A stretch of DNA of 64,000 bases from Oleiphilaceae bacterium (GTDB lineage Bacteria > Pseudomonadota > Gammaproteobacteria > Pseudomonadales > Oleiphilaceae), in assembly GCA_034110885.1 (NCBI GenBank), contig JAWUYI010000074.1, positions 405 through 64,404 of the forward strand. The letters run 5' to 3'. The translations under genes and the position numbers were made by a program. Below, piece by piece: positions 9,181 through 22,365 of this stretch. The notes under the pieces were generated by a model, which saw nothing but the letters and a program-made list of their open reading frames with translations, was not told where the DNA came from and did not search any database. Within the stretch, counting starts at the first letter, position 1. Each line of letters begins with the position of its first letter.

Positions 9181-11088
9181 GTGGTTGTGAAGTATCCAAA
9201 ACAATATGACGTGGTTGTTATCGGTGGTGGACATGCAGGTACCGAGGCTGCCCTAGCAGCCGCACGCATGGGATGTCAGACCCTACTTTTGACTCACAAT
9301 ATTGAAACGCTTGGACAAATGTCATGCAACCCCGCAATTGGTGGCATTGGGAAGAGCCATCTTGTGAAGGAAATTGATGCGTTAGATGGTGCGATGGCCA
9401 AAGCAACCGATCTTGCCGGAATCCAATTTCGTGTTTTAAACAGCAGGAAAGGTCCGGCTGTGCGCGCTACGCGTGCACAGGCAGATAGAGCTCTATACAA
9501 AGCCGCTATAAGAGACATGTTAGAGAATGCTGAAAATTTAGATATTTTTCAGCAATCGGCGGATGATCTGATTGTAGAGAACGACACCGTTACAGGTGTT
9601 GTCACTAATATGGGGCTGCACTTTTCTGCATCCACTGTCGTGTTGACAACGGGCACGTTTCTAGGTGGTGTCATTCATGTTGGCTTAGAAAATCATAGTG
9701 GTGGCCGAGCAGGCGATCCACCGTCTATTGCGCTTGCTCAACGTTTACGTGCGCTGCCGTTTCGAGTTGGGAGATTAAAAACAGGCACACCACCTCGTAT
9801 TGACGCAAAATCTGTGAATTTCGATGTCATGCAAGAACAGCCGGGCGACTTCCCTACCCCTGTCATGTCCTATATGGGTAATGTTGATCAACATCCAAAG
9901 CAGATTCCTTGTTTCATTACGAAAACAACCGAAGAAACACACGATATTATTAGAGGGGGCTTTGACCGGTCACCAATGTTTACTGGCGTTATAGAAGGCA
10001 CAGGTCCGCGCTACTGCCCATCTATTGAAGATAAAATTAATCGTTTTTCGGACAAAGATTCTCACCAAATCTTTGTTGAGCCAGAAGGTCTATCGACACA
10101 TGAGCTATATCCAAATGGGATATCAACGAGTTTGCCGTTTGATGTGCAGCTTAATCTAGTTCGTTCGATCCCAGGATTCGAAAACGCACATATCACGCGT
10201 CCTGGTTATGCAATCGAATACGATTACTTTAATCCCCAAGATCTGAAGCACAGTTTGGAAACCAAGTTTGTAAGCAATTTATTTTTCGCGGGTCAAATTA
10301 ATGGAACGACAGGCTATGAAGAGGCAGCAGCTCAAGGTTTACTCGCGGGTATCAATGCGGCACTTCTTGTTCAAGGAAAACCATCTTGGTGTCCGCGAAG
10401 AGATGAAGCTTACATTGGTGTTTTAGTGGATGACCTAATTACGCTTGGCACTTCAGAGCCCTACAGAATGTTTACTAGCCGAGCTGAATACCGTCTCTTG
10501 TTAAGAGAAGACAATGCCGATTTGCGTTTAACGGAGATAGGCCGCTCTCTTGGTGTTGTCGGTGATGAGCGTTGGTCATTCTTCTCGGAGAAGCTCGAGG
10601 CTATTAATCTAGAGCGAACGCGTTTAAGTACCACATGGGTGCAGCCAAAATCTGATCGAGCAAAAATAGCGAATAAATATTTGCCTAATGCGCTTACCCG
10701 AGAATACAGTCTTGCCGATTTATTGCGCCGGCCCGAAATTACCTACAAAGAAATTGCAGAAATTAGTGGAGACCTTGCTATTCGACCCGATGTCGCTGAG
10801 CAGGTCGAGGTCCAGACTAAATATGATGGTTATATTAGTCGTCAACAAGATGAAATTGATAAGTTAAGAAAAAATGAGGCCACATCGATTCCTTCTGACT
10901 TTGACTATCAGTCTATATCGGGCTTGTCTAATGAAGTGAAGCAAAAGCTATTGGCACAACAACCAACTTCTATTGCTCAAGCATCAAGAATTCCGGGTAT
11001 CACGCCAGCGGCGGTGTCTTTGATTCTCGTATTCTTGAAAAAATCGAGCTTTATAAAATCTAGCCCAAAACAAGCAACAGAGAGTTAA
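9181..11088 (+). CDS. mnmG: tRNA uridine 5-carboxymethylaminomethyl modification enzyme MnmG (GidA)
   Basis: ORF track, 635 aa. FAD motif [14 protein letters not shown], then SCNPAIGG and [19 protein letters not shown] start. Confidence 0.96.
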   Translation: MVVKYPKQYDVVVIGGGHAGTEAALAAARMGCQTLLLTHNIETLGQMSCNPAIGGIGKSHLVKEIDALDGAMAKATDLAGIQFRVLNSRKGPAVRATRAQADRALYKAAIRDMLENAENLDIFQQSADDLIVENDTVTGVVTNMGLHFSASTVVLTTGTFLGGVIHVGLENHSGGRAGDPPSIALAQRLRALPFRVGRLKTGTPPRIDAKSVNFDVMQEQPGDFPTPVMSYMGNVDQHPKQIPCFITKTTEETHDIIRGGFDRSPMFTGVIEGTGPRYCPSIEDKINRFSDKDSHQIFVEPEGLSTHELYPNGISTSLPFDVQLNLVRSIPGFENAHITRPGYAIEYDYFNPQDLKHSLETKFVSNLFFAGQINGTTGYEEAAAQGLLAGINAALLVQGKPSWCPRRDEAYIGVLVDDLITLGTSEPYRMFTSRAEYRLLLREDNADLRLTEIGRSLGVVGDERWSFFSEKLEAINLERTRLSTTWVQPKSDRAKIANKYLPNALTREYSLADLLRRPEITYKEIAEISGDLAIRPDVAEQVEVQTKYDGYISRQQDEIDKLRKNEATSIPSDFDYQSISGLSNEVKQKLLAQQPTSIAQASRIPGITPAAVSLILVFLKKSSFIKSSPKQATES

Positions 11089-11096
11089 GATTTTTT

Positions 11097-11765
11097 ATGA
11101 ATGATTCTCTACTTCAACCCGGTAGCGCACAATATAATTTGTTTCAAACACGGCTTCATGAGGCGGCTAAAGAGATTGGCATCGAACTGAGTCCGGCCCA
11201 AGCTCAAGCAATGGTCGATTATGTTGTTCTGTTAAATAAATGGAATAAAACATACAATCTAACGGCAATCCGAAAGCCTGCAGCAATGTTGGAGCGGCAC
11301 ATCATCGATTCGATAGTCATCGCACCATACGTAAACGATTCGCCGGTGTTAGATGTTGGAACTGGCCCTGGCTTACCAGGCATTCCTCTTGCGATTCTAA
11401 ATCCAAAGAAACAGTTCTTTTTGCTTGATTCAAACATCAAAAAGACTCGCTTTATTACCCAAGCTGTTATTGCGCTTGGTATACAAAATGTCGAGGTGGT
11501 GCATGCCCGTATCGAAGAGTTTCCGAACAGGGCCCAATTTCCTATCGTAGTTTCACGAGCATTTACAGCTGCAAATAACTTCGCAAAGCTTTGTTCTCCA
11601 TATTTATCTAAAAATGGAAGGCTTTTTGCAATGAAAGGAACGGATTCTAAAGATGAAGTCGAAGAGCTTGATGCAGATTTTAAGGTGGCACAAACGATAA
11701 AACTTAATGTTCCGGGTTGTGAAGCCCAAAGACATTTAATTATCATAGAGAAAACAGAGAGCTAA
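11097..11765 (+). CDS. rsmG: 16S rRNA (guanine527-N7)-methyltransferase RsmG (GidB)
   Basis: ORF track, 222 aa. LLNKWNKTYNLTAIR, SAM motif DVGTGPGLPGIPLAI, directly after mnmG. Confidence 0.94.
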   Translation: MNDSLLQPGSAQYNLFQTRLHEAAKEIGIELSPAQAQAMVDYVVLLNKWNKTYNLTAIRKPAAMLERHIIDSIVIAPYVNDSPVLDVGTGPGLPGIPLAILNPKKQFFLLDSNIKKTRFITQAVIALGIQNVEVVHARIEEFPNRAQFPIVVSRAFTAANNFAKLCSPYLSKNGRLFAMKGTDSKDEVEELDADFKVAQTIKLNVPGCEAQRHLIIIEKTES

Positions 11766-11811
11766 CACTCTTAAGTACGCTATCATATCGGTATATTTCA
11801 GGAAAAAAAAA

Positions 11812-12606
11812 GTGGCACAGATATTTGCGGTTACGAATCAAAAAGGCGGCGTCGGTAAAACAACGACTAGCGTCAACTTAGCTGCGTCATTAGCGGCAAC
11901 CAAGCGCCGTATTCTGATGATCGACTTAGATCCGCAAGGTAATTCAACGATGGGTTGCGGTGTTAATAAGAATGAATTGGAACGCACCGCTTATCATCTA
12001 CTAACTAAAAAAGCAGAGTTTAGTGATATCGTAGTGCGGGCTGCCCATGGAAATTTTGATGTATTGCCAGCAAATGGTGATTTAGTCGCCGCCGAGGTAG
12101 AGCTCTTAAACGAAATTGGCCGAGAGCACCGCTTGAGAATCGGATTGAACGAAGTACGCACTCACTATGACTATATTATTATAGACTGTCCGCCTTCTTT
12201 GAATATGCTTACCGTTAACGCTCTGTCAGCCGCGGATGGCGTTATTATCCCTATGCAGTGTGAATATTATGCGCTCGAGGGTCTGGCAGCTTTAATGACC
12301 ACTATTGAGCAAATCAAAGAAACCATTAATCCCGACCTCAAAATATCAGGCATCCTACGTACCATGTACGACCCTAGAAACAGCCTTACCAAAGATGTCT
12401 CGGAAGAGTTAGAAGAATACTTTGGAGACCAGGTTTTTAAAGTGGCCATACCACGAAATGTCCGGTTAGCGGAAGCGCCAAGCCATGGCATGCCAGCGCT
12501 TTACTACGACAAGGTATCGCGCGGTGCTATTGCTTATTTGGCTTTAGCTGGCGAAATCGTGCGAAAAACTAAAAACGATAGTAAACCGACTTTAGTCGCT
12601 GTATAA
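11812..12606 (+). CDS. parA: chromosome partitioning ATPase ParA/Soj
   Basis: ORF track, 264 aa. Deviant Walker A NQKGGVGKTTT, then DLDPQGN and IIIDCPPSL. GTG start. Confidence 0.94.
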   Translation: MAQIFAVTNQKGGVGKTTTSVNLAASLAATKRRILMIDLDPQGNSTMGCGVNKNELERTAYHLLTKKAEFSDIVVRAAHGNFDVLPANGDLVAAEVELLNEIGREHRLRIGLNEVRTHYDYIIIDCPPSLNMLTVNALSAADGVIIPMQCEYYALEGLAALMTTIEQIKETINPDLKISGILRTMYDPRNSLTKDVSEELEEYFGDQVFKVAIPRNVRLAEAPSHGMPALYYDKVSRGAIAYLALAGEIVRKTKNDSKPTLVAV

Positions 12607-12622
12607 ATTTAAGGAAGTAATC

Positions 12623-13492
12623 GTGGCACGAAAACGCGTAATCGGAGAGAAAGGCTTAGGCGCTTTGCTTAAAGGCTCTAATGTAGAAGCCCTAAAGAAG
12701 TCAGACTCTGATGAAAAGCATCTAAGAGAATTGCCTGTCGAGTTGATCCAGCGTGGAAAGTATCAGCCTCGACGCGATATGGATCCAGTAGCGCTAGAAG
12801 AGCTTGCAGAGTCAATTCGCCAACAAGGTGTTATGCAACCAATCGTTGTGCGCCCCGTCTCCGAAAGCCACTATGAAATTATTGCCGGCGAACGTCGTTG
12901 GAGAGCTTCACAGATTGCGGGTCTTGATCGAGTACCTGCAATTATTCGCGATGTGCCTGACGAAGCAGCAATTGCAATGTCGTTGATAGAGAATATTCAG
13001 CGTGAAAATCTCAATTCCATGGAAGAAGCGATTGCATTGCAGCGTCTGCAGGACGAGTTTGAACTGACCCAAGCACAAGTAGCAGAAGCAGTAGGTAAAT
13101 CCCGATCAACCGTTACCAACCTGTTGCGCCTAATAAACCTAAGTCACGAAGTGAAGTTAATGTTAGAGCACGGTGATTTAGAAATGGGCCACGGTCGGGC
13201 AATGTTGAGCTTGCCTGAAGACCAACAACTCATTGTTGCTCGTCAGGTTGAATCGAAATCTCTTTCAGTGCGACAAACCGAAGTTTTGGTTCGCAAGCTC
13301 CAAGCAGAACCAGATAACACAGCGAAACCTAAGAAAGAAAGTGATCCAGATATTCGCCGTTTAGAAACAGATCTAGCAGAAAAACTAGGTGCTAACGTTG
13401 TTATTGACCATTCTCAACGCGGTAAAGGAAAACTGGTGATTCAATATTCTTCACTTGATCAACTCGATGGCATTTTAAAGCACATTAAATAG
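12623..13492 (+). CDS. parB: chromosome partitioning protein ParB/Spo0J
   Basis: ORF track, 289 aa. QPRRDMD, IIAGERRWRAS, IENIQRENLN, and the HTH TQAQVAEAVGKSRSTVTNLLRL. Confidence 0.94.
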   Translation: MARKRVIGEKGLGALLKGSNVEALKKSDSDEKHLRELPVELIQRGKYQPRRDMDPVALEELAESIRQQGVMQPIVVRPVSESHYEIIAGERRWRASQIAGLDRVPAIIRDVPDEAAIAMSLIENIQRENLNSMEEAIALQRLQDEFELTQAQVAEAVGKSRSTVTNLLRLINLSHEVKLMLEHGDLEMGHGRAMLSLPEDQQLIVARQVESKSLSVRQTEVLVRKLQAEPDNTAKPKKESDPDIRRLETDLAEKLGANVVIDHSQRGKGKLVIQYSSLDQLDGILKHIK

Positions 13493-13585
13493 CGATCTCT
13501 TGTCGAATTTTTGAAGATTTTTCAATCCTAGAAACAAAAACAAAAGATTTTTGTAACTGCTGATAAAATAAGCAGCTCTGGCCTG

Positions 13586-13614
13586 TTGAATGCAGTACTC
13601 AATACCCATATAAT
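13586..13614 (+). promoter_or_regulatory. putative sigma70 promoter of the atp operon
   Basis: TTGAAT (13586-13591), exact 17-nt spacer, perfect TATAAT (13609-13614), about 165 nt upstream of atpI. Confidence 0.5.
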
Positions 13615-13777
13615 CTGCCTCGCTTGAGCGCTGGATTGGGTCAGAAAAGAGTCGAATGTACCTTAATAGGGCATTGATTCATCCAAACAGAACCAAAACA
13701 ACATGGCGTAGAACTTTCTAATTGCCTCTTTAAGGGAAGGTGATTGTATTAACAAGCCGCCATTAGCCAAAATTTTT

Positions 13778-14125
13778 ATGCTTCAATGCATTGTTGGCTC
13801 AGCAAATATACTGATGTTTTGGTTGTTAAGCGGTACAAATGCAGCATTGTCTGCATTGTTGGGAGCGAGTCTTTTTATTATTCCCCAACAATACTTTACC
13901 TTAAAGGCGTTCCGCTACATGGGCGCACGATCTGTCATGTTGACAGTACAGAATTTTTATAAAGGCGAGAGTTCTAAGTTAGTGTTAATAGCCATCGGCT
14001 TTGCCCTAACTTTTAAATTCTACCAAGAGGTAGATACTTTAGCTTTGTTCACCGCGTTTATCGTTCTCGTGGTGACTAATGGATTTATTCCTTTGCTGAT
14101 GAAGCAAAGGCACAGCACTCATTGA
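13778..14125 (+). CDS. atpI: F0F1 ATP synthase accessory subunit I
   Basis: ORF track, 115 aa. Small, hydrophobic, roughly 4 TM segments, first gene before atpB. Confidence 0.8.
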   Translation: MLQCIVGSANILMFWLLSGTNAALSALLGASLFIIPQQYFTLKAFRYMGARSVMLTVQNFYKGESSKLVLIAIGFALTFKFYQEVDTLALFTAFIVLVVTNGFIPLLMKQRHSTH

Positions 14126-14155
14126 GTGAAACCAGTTTTTTAATTGTAAGTGTAG

Positions 14156-15046
<891 letters not shown>

Positions 15047-15088
15047 TAGAAATTTGTTTTAACTTTTACTTTAAATATCTAACGATAG

Positions 15089-15337
<249 letters not shown>

Positions 15338-15399
15338 GCAAGCTCGTATTAGTTTGTGAACTAATTACGTAAACCGGCAACAAAGACGAGGTTATTAGT

Positions 15400-15870
15400 G
15401 TGAATATTAATTACACACTTATTGGACAGATGATCTTTTTCGCAGCTTTCGTGCTTTTTTGCATGAAGTATGTGTGGCCGCCAATCATGGCAGCTATGCA
15501 AGAGCGAGAGAAAAAGATTTCCGACGGTTTAGCAGCAGCAGATCGTGCTTCTAAAGATCTTGAACTAGCGCAACATAAAGCAGTTGAAGAACTTAAAGAA
15601 GCGAAGGCTCAGGCAGCAGTGCTGATTGAGCAAGCGAATAAGCGTTCAAGTCAAATTGTTGATGAGGCCAAAGATACGGCTCGTCAAGAAGGTGACCGAC
15701 TGCTTGTAGCTGCCAAAGCTGAAATTGAGCAGGAAAAGAATCGAGTAAAAGAAGAGTTGCGCGCAGAAGTTTCTGCGGTAGCAATAGCAGGCGCAGAAAA
15801 AATTCTGGGTGCTGAGATTGATGCTGGCAAACATGCTAAGTTACTTGATCAACTTGCCTCAGAAATTTAA
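15400..15870 (+). CDS. atpF: ATP synthase F0 subunit b
   Basis: ORF track, 156 aa. One N-terminal TM segment then a long charged helix. GTG start, correct operon position. Confidence 0.93.
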   Translation: MNINYTLIGQMIFFAAFVLFCMKYVWPPIMAAMQEREKKISDGLAAADRASKDLELAQHKAVEELKEAKAQAAVLIEQANKRSSQIVDEAKDTARQEGDRLLVAAKAEIEQEKNRVKEELRAEVSAVAIAGAEKILGAEIDAGKHAKLLDQLASEI

Positions 15871-15883
15871 GTATTGAGAGTGG

Positions 15884-16423
15884 ATGATGGCAGAGTCAAT
15901 CACGATTGCCCGACCTTACGCTAAAGCTGCATTTAGTGCAGCGAAGGATAGCGGTACTTTAGATCAATGGTCTGAAATGCTCGCCTATTCTTCGTTAGTA
16001 GCGAAGAACGAGAATATGGTTGTTGTTCTAGACCACCCAGCACTGACCAGTCAGCAAAAAGCATCGGTTTTTAACGATGCTTGTGGTGACAAGTTGAATG
16101 AGCACGCTCAAAACCTAGCATATGTTTTATCGGAGCACGGGCGTATTTCGCTTTTGCCTGAGATCGCTAATCTTTTTGAAGCGTTTAAAGCTCAACTTGA
16201 GCACTCAGTTGATGTGGAAATTGAAAGTGCATTTGACCTGGGTACGGAACAACAAGAGAAGCTGGCACAAGCATTAACCGCCAAACTAGATCGAACCGTT
16301 AATATTACAGCATCTGTCAACAGTGAGTTGATGGGTGGTGCGATTATACGAACTCAAGATCTAGTCATAGATGCATCGGTCAAAGGCAAGTTAGCCAAAT
16401 TGGCCGAAGCGATTGGTGCTTAG
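15884..16423 (+). CDS. atpH: ATP synthase F1 subunit delta
   Basis: ORF track, 179 aa. N-terminus TIARPYAKAAF is the OSCP/delta signature. Confidence 0.93.
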   Translation: MMAESITIARPYAKAAFSAAKDSGTLDQWSEMLAYSSLVAKNENMVVVLDHPALTSQQKASVFNDACGDKLNEHAQNLAYVLSEHGRISLLPEIANLFEAFKAQLEHSVDVEIESAFDLGTEQQEKLAQALTAKLDRTVNITASVNSELMGGAIIRTQDLVIDASVKGKLAKLAEAIGA

Positions 16424-16453
16424 GTAGCGGATTCAGATTTGAGGAATTAAAGC

Positions 16454-17998
16454 ATGCAACAGCTAAACCCAGCTGAAATCAGCGAAATTATCAAGAAGCG
16501 CATCGAAAAGTTAGATGTGTCTTCGGAGGCCCGTAATGAGGGCACGATCGTCAGTGTATCTGATGGTATCGTTTTGGTTCATGGTCTTGCCGACGTTATG
16601 TATGGCGAGATGGTTGAATTTGAAAACGGCGTTTACGGTATGGCTCTGAACCTAGAGCGGGACTCTGTAGGTGTCGTTGTATTGGGCGACTACAACGGTT
16701 TGGCAGAAGGTCAGAAAGCGCGTTGTACTGGTCGAATTTTGGAAGTGCCAATCGGTGAAGCATTACTTGGTCGTGTTGTAGACGCACTAGGTAACCCTAT
16801 CGACGGTAAAGGTCCAATCGAAACTACTTTAACGGCGCCACTTGAGAAAGTTGCACCGGGCGTTATCGCACGTAAGTCAGTTGACGAACCTGTACAAACA
16901 GGTCTGAAAGCGATTGACTCAATGGTACCAATCGGTCGCGGCCAACGTGAGTTGATCATCGGCGATCGTCAGACTGGTAAAACAGCCATTGCAATCGATG
17001 CGATCATTAACCAGAAAAACACTGGCGTAAAATGTATTTATGTTGCAATCGGTCAGAAGCAGTCTTCGATTGCGGCTGTAGTGCGTAAGCTAGAAGAGCA
17101 TGATGCAATGGATCACACCATCATCGTTGCAGCTGGCGCGGCAGATCCCGCAGCTATGCTGTTCTTAGCGCCATACGGCGGTACGACAATGGGTGAATAT
17201 TTCCGTGATCGCGGTGAAGATGCACTGATTGTATTTGATGACTTAACGAAGCAAGCTTGGGCATATCGCCAAATTTCATTGCTACTTCGTCGTCCACCAG
17301 GTCGTGAAGCATATCCAGGTGACGTCTTCTACTTGCATTCTCGCTTATTTGAGCGTGCGTCGCGTGTTAATGGCGACTATGTAGAACAGCATACTAACGG
17401 TGAAGTGAAAGGTAAGACCGGTTCATTGACCGCGCTGCCTATTATCGAAACACAGGGCGGCGACGTTTCTGCATTCGTACCGACGAACGTAATTTCGATT
17501 ACTGATGGTCAGATCTTCTTAGAAACCAATTTGTTTAACGCAGGCGTCCGTCCTGCAATGAACGCAGGTGTTTCAGTATCGCGAGTAGGTGGTGCTGCGC
17601 AAACGAAAATCATCAAAAAGCTTGGTGGTAGTATACGACTCGCACTTGCACAGTATCGTGAATTGGCGGCTTTCGCTCAGTTTGCATCAGATCTTGATGA
17701 TGCGACACGTAAGCAGTTGGAGCACGGTCAGCGCGTAACTGAGTTGATGAAGCAGAAGCAATATAGCCCACAAAGCGTAGCAGAAATGGGTGTCGTATTG
17801 TACGCGGCTAACGAAGGTTTCTTGGACGATGTTCCAGTAAACAAGGTTGTTGCTTTTGAATCGGCGATGCTTTCTTACATGAAAGCAGAACAAGCCGAAT
17901 TGCTTGCAACGATCAATGTTAAAGGCGACTACAACAACGATATCGCAAACGGTATCAAAGCCGCTTTGGAGACATTCAAGTCGACGCAAACTTGGTAG
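16454..17998 (+). CDS. atpA: ATP synthase F1 subunit alpha
   Basis: ORF track, 514 aa. P-loop GDRQTGKT. Confidence 0.98.
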   Translation: MQQLNPAEISEIIKKRIEKLDVSSEARNEGTIVSVSDGIVLVHGLADVMYGEMVEFENGVYGMALNLERDSVGVVVLGDYNGLAEGQKARCTGRILEVPIGEALLGRVVDALGNPIDGKGPIETTLTAPLEKVAPGVIARKSVDEPVQTGLKAIDSMVPIGRGQRELIIGDRQTGKTAIAIDAIINQKNTGVKCIYVAIGQKQSSIAAVVRKLEEHDAMDHTIIVAAGAADPAAMLFLAPYGGTTMGEYFRDRGEDALIVFDDLTKQAWAYRQISLLLRRPPGREAYPGDVFYLHSRLFERASRVNGDYVEQHTNGEVKGKTGSLTALPIIETQGGDVSAFVPTNVISITDGQIFLETNLFNAGVRPAMNAGVSVSRVGGAAQTKIIKKLGGSIRLALAQYRELAAFAQFASDLDDATRKQLEHGQRVTELMKQKQYSPQSVAEMGVVLYAANEGFLDDVPVNKVVAFESAMLSYMKAEQAELLATINVKGDYNNDIANGIKAALETFKSTQTW

Positions 17999-18063
17999 TA
18001 AATAGGGACTAGCTCCCTATTTCCTTCAAAGGAAACGTGAACAAGACTTTATAGGCGATAAAA

Positions 18064-18924
18064 ATGGCCGTTGGTAAAGAAATACGAAATCAGATCTCTA
18101 GCGTTAAAAGTACGCAGAAGATTACGAGCGCTATGCAAATGGTAGCAGCGAGTAAGATGCGTAAAGCGCAAGAACGCATGAGCTTAGGGAAGCCATATGC
18201 CGAGAAAATTCGGTCTGTGGTAAGCCACTTAGCGAACGCGAACACAGAATATAAGCACTTATATTTGCAAGATCGTGATGTAAAACGTGTTGGTTATATA
18301 GTCGTTTCAAGTGATCGAGGACTGTGTGGCGGCTTGAATGTTAACAATTTCAAGCAAGCTATTAAGTCAATGAAAGAGTGGGATGAAAAAGGTGCAGAGG
18401 TTGATATCTGTGCTGTAGGGCAAAAAGCCATTTCATTCTTCAAAAGTTACGGTGGTAACGTTGTTGCGGCACTAAGCCATTTGGGTGATCAACCTTCTGC
18501 CCATGAGCTTATAGGTTCGGTGAAAGTTATGCTTAATGCATACGATCAAGGCAAAATTGATCGATTGTATGTTGTGCATAACACCTTCGTCACGACAATG
18601 ACGCAAGAACCTACTGTGCACCAACTTTTGCCTCTTGAAGCACTTGAAGCAGACGAAATGAAGCACCACTGGGACTACATCTACGAACCAGAAGCGAAAG
18701 ACCTTCTAGATGGACTTTTGACACGTTATATCGAGTCGCAAGTGTATCAAGGTGTTGTAGAAAATGTAGCCTGTGAGCAAGCTGCACGTATGGTCGCAAT
18801 GAAGAGCGCAACGGATAACGCTGGCGACATTATAAACGAGCTACAGCTTATTTATAATAAAGCCCGTCAGGCAGCTATCACACAAGAGATTTCAGAAATC
18901 GTGAGTGGCGCTGCAGCGGTATAA
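18064..18924 (+). CDS. atpG: ATP synthase F1 subunit gamma
   Basis: ORF track, 286 aa. N-terminus [32 protein letters not shown] and C-terminus [14 protein letters not shown]. Confidence 0.97.
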   Translation: MAVGKEIRNQISSVKSTQKITSAMQMVAASKMRKAQERMSLGKPYAEKIRSVVSHLANANTEYKHLYLQDRDVKRVGYIVVSSDRGLCGGLNVNNFKQAIKSMKEWDEKGAEVDICAVGQKAISFFKSYGGNVVAALSHLGDQPSAHELIGSVKVMLNAYDQGKIDRLYVVHNTFVTTMTQEPTVHQLLPLEALEADEMKHHWDYIYEPEAKDLLDGLLTRYIESQVYQGVVENVACEQAARMVAMKSATDNAGDIINELQLIYNKARQAAITQEISEIVSGAAAV

Positions 18925-18935
18925 CGCAGCTTTAA

Positions 18936-20396
<1,461 letters not shown>

Positions 20397-20455
20397 TTGG
20401 CTTGACGAATATTGCCCCAGAAATGGGGCAATTCAGTCATATAGGAAGAATACTT

Positions 20456-20875
20456 ATGGGTATTAGTGTGCATTGTGACATCGTAAGCGCAGAAGAGTCG
20501 ATTTACTCAGGTCGAGTTGAGCTTATTGTGGCCGCAGGTGAACTTGGTGATTTGGGTATTGCACCTGGTCACGCTCCGTTGATGACTAGCTTGAAGCCGG
20601 GACCTGTTCGAATTGTTAAGCAAGGTGGTGAAGAAGAAGTTTTCTATGTATCCGGTGGGTATATGGAAGTTCAACCGAACCTCGTGACAATTCTTTCAGA
20701 TACTGCACAAAGAGCGGATGATATTGACGAAGCAGCAGCAATTGAAGCACAGAAAGAGGCAGAAAGAGCGTTTGCGAATTTAAGTTCAGAAATGGATTAT
20801 TCAAGAGCATCAGCCTTGCTTGCAGAAACGTCTGCACGTATTCGAGCAATACGACAGTTGCGCAATCGGCATTGA
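20456..20875 (+). CDS. atpC: ATP synthase F1 subunit epsilon
   Basis: The ORF track runs 20402..20875. I start at ATG 20456 ([25 protein letters not shown] upstream), which gives the usual size of about 140 aa. Confidence 0.93.
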   Translation: MGISVHCDIVSAEESIYSGRVELIVAAGELGDLGIAPGHAPLMTSLKPGPVRIVKQGGEEEVFYVSGGYMEVQPNLVTILSDTAQRADDIDEAAAIEAQKEAERAFANLSSEMDYSRASALLAETSARIRAIRQLRNRH

Positions 20876-20893
20876 CACTTTCGAGTGTATAGG

Positions 20894-20920
20894 AAGGCAG
20901 CTTTTAGCTGCCTTTTTTGT
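20894..20920 (+). terminator. rho-independent terminator of the atp operon
   Basis: AAGGCAGC (20894-20901) pairs with GCTGCCTT (20907-20914) around a 5-nt loop, followed by TTTTTGTTTT. Confidence 0.8.
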
Positions 20921-20992
20921 TTTCCAAAATATATGGCTAGGATCGGCTAGACTAAACAGTTAAAGATACTAGCAAGCTTACAGAGATTTGTT

Positions 20993-22354
20993 ATGGATTT
21001 ACATGTTGTCATCTTAGCCGCGGGAAAGGGTTCTCGCATGAAGTCATCCATCCCTAAGGTATTGCACCCACTTGCAGGCAAACCGATGCTGGAACGAGTG
21101 CTCGACACAGCGACGGGATTAAGTCCCAAGGCCCTTCATGTTGTGATAGGCCATGAGGCGGATCAGATCAGAACGGCCTTTTTAGACCAAAGCATTAATT
21201 GGCATGAACAACTAGAGCAATTAGGGACAGGCCATGCAGTGGCTCAGGCAGCGCCGACTATACCGGATGACGCTACGGTTCTTGTGTTGTACGGCGACGT
21301 TCCCCTTATCCGCGCCGAATCGCTCAAACGCTTGATTGCACTGGTAGACAACGAAACCTTGGGCTTGCTCACAGTCGAGCTAAACGACCCGAGTGGATAT
21401 GGCCGTATCATTCGAAACGCGGCAGATGAAATCGTTGCGATTGTTGAACAGAAAGATGCAAATTCAGATCAGCTGGCTGTTACTGAAGTTAATACCGGGA
21501 TAATGTGTGTCCGTGGAAGCAATCTCAATGCATGGCTACCGCAACTCTCCAATAAAAACGCGCAGGGCGAGTATTATCTTACAGACCTAGTTGAACTAGC
21601 GGTTAATCAAGGTAACGAAGTCGAAGCAGAACAACCTGACTCTATCGAAGAGGTCCAAGGCGTAAATGATAGGCTCCAACTTTGCGAATTAGAGTGTTGG
21701 TATCAGTCTCAACAAGCAGAACAACTTTTATTAGCGGGTGTTAGTCTATTCGACCCGAACCGAATTGATATCCGCGGCTCCCTAGCGGCAGGCATTGATG
21801 TGGTTATCGATTTAAACTGCATTTTTGAGGGTCATGTTGCCTTAGGTGATGGGGCCAAAATTGGCGCAAATTGCATTATCATTAACAGCACGATCGGCCC
21901 CGGTACCATTGTTAAACCAAACAGCATTATTGAAGATAGTATCGTCGGATCCGGCGCTGTTATTGGTCCTTTCGCAAGGTTGCGCCCTGCGACTATACTG
22001 AAAGACAATACCAAGATAGGTAATTTTGTTGAGACCAAAAAATGTGAGATTGGACGCGGCTCTAAGGTTAATCATCTCAGTTATATCGGGGATGCGATAA
22101 TTGGTGAAAATTCAAATATCGGCGCCGGTACGATTACTTGCAATTATGACGGCGTTAATAAATTCAAAACCGAAATTGGAGATGGAGTCTTTATTGGCTC
22201 AAATTCATCTCTAGTCGCTCCAGTCGTAATTAGAGATAACGCGACAGTCGGTGCCGGGTCAGTGATCACGAAGCCAGTCGAGCCCAACCAACTCGCAGTT
22301 GCGAGAGCAAGACAAACCAATATTAGTGGTTGGACGAAACCCGTAAAGAAGTAA
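20993..22354 (+). CDS. glmU: bifunctional UDP-N-acetylglucosamine pyrophosphorylase / glucosamine-1-phosphate N-acetyltransferase
   Basis: ORF track, 453 aa. LAAGKGSRM, then C-terminal left-handed beta-helix hexapeptide repeats. Confidence 0.97.
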   Translation: MDLHVVILAAGKGSRMKSSIPKVLHPLAGKPMLERVLDTATGLSPKALHVVIGHEADQIRTAFLDQSINWHEQLEQLGTGHAVAQAAPTIPDDATVLVLYGDVPLIRAESLKRLIALVDNETLGLLTVELNDPSGYGRIIRNAADEIVAIVEQKDANSDQLAVTEVNTGIMCVRGSNLNAWLPQLSNKNAQGEYYLTDLVELAVNQGNEVEAEQPDSIEEVQGVNDRLQLCELECWYQSQQAEQLLLAGVSLFDPNRIDIRGSLAAGIDVVIDLNCIFEGHVALGDGAKIGANCIIINSTIGPGTIVKPNSIIEDSIVGSGAVIGPFARLRPATILKDNTKIGNFVETKKCEIGRGSKVNHLSYIGDAIIGENSNIGAGTITCNYDGVNKFKTEIGDGVFIGSNSSLVAPVVIRDNATVGAGSVITKPVEPNQLAVARARQTNISGWTKPVKK

Positions 22355-22365
22355 AAGGATAAACT

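Noticed and set aside
11219-11746. 175-aa ORF antisense to rsmG. Similar long antisense ORFs occur inside conserved genes, for example 61842-62282 in chpA, 53590-53955 in tonB, 50263-50631 in pyrC', 51366-51707 and 50997-51320 in pyrB, 48556-48900 and 48392-48655 in the lipoprotein gene, and 27386-27706 in the kinase gene.
   Set aside because: Each lies entirely opposite a gene with clear family motifs. They have low-complexity or odd composition, no ribosome-binding site that I could see, and no recognisable domain. They are typical shadow ORFs.
13556-13577. Small hairpin (CTGCT...AGCAG) after parB, considered as a possible parB terminator.
   Set aside because: The stem is only about 5-6 bp and has no T-tract. 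That is too weak to call.
11812-13777. I looked for parS (TGTTTCACGTGAAACA-like) sites in and around parAB and across the origin region.
   Set aside because: By eye I found only half-site fragments, for example GTGAAACC near 14127 and TTTCACGAG near 11551. No convincing palindrome appeared, and a proper pattern search would be needed, so none is reported.
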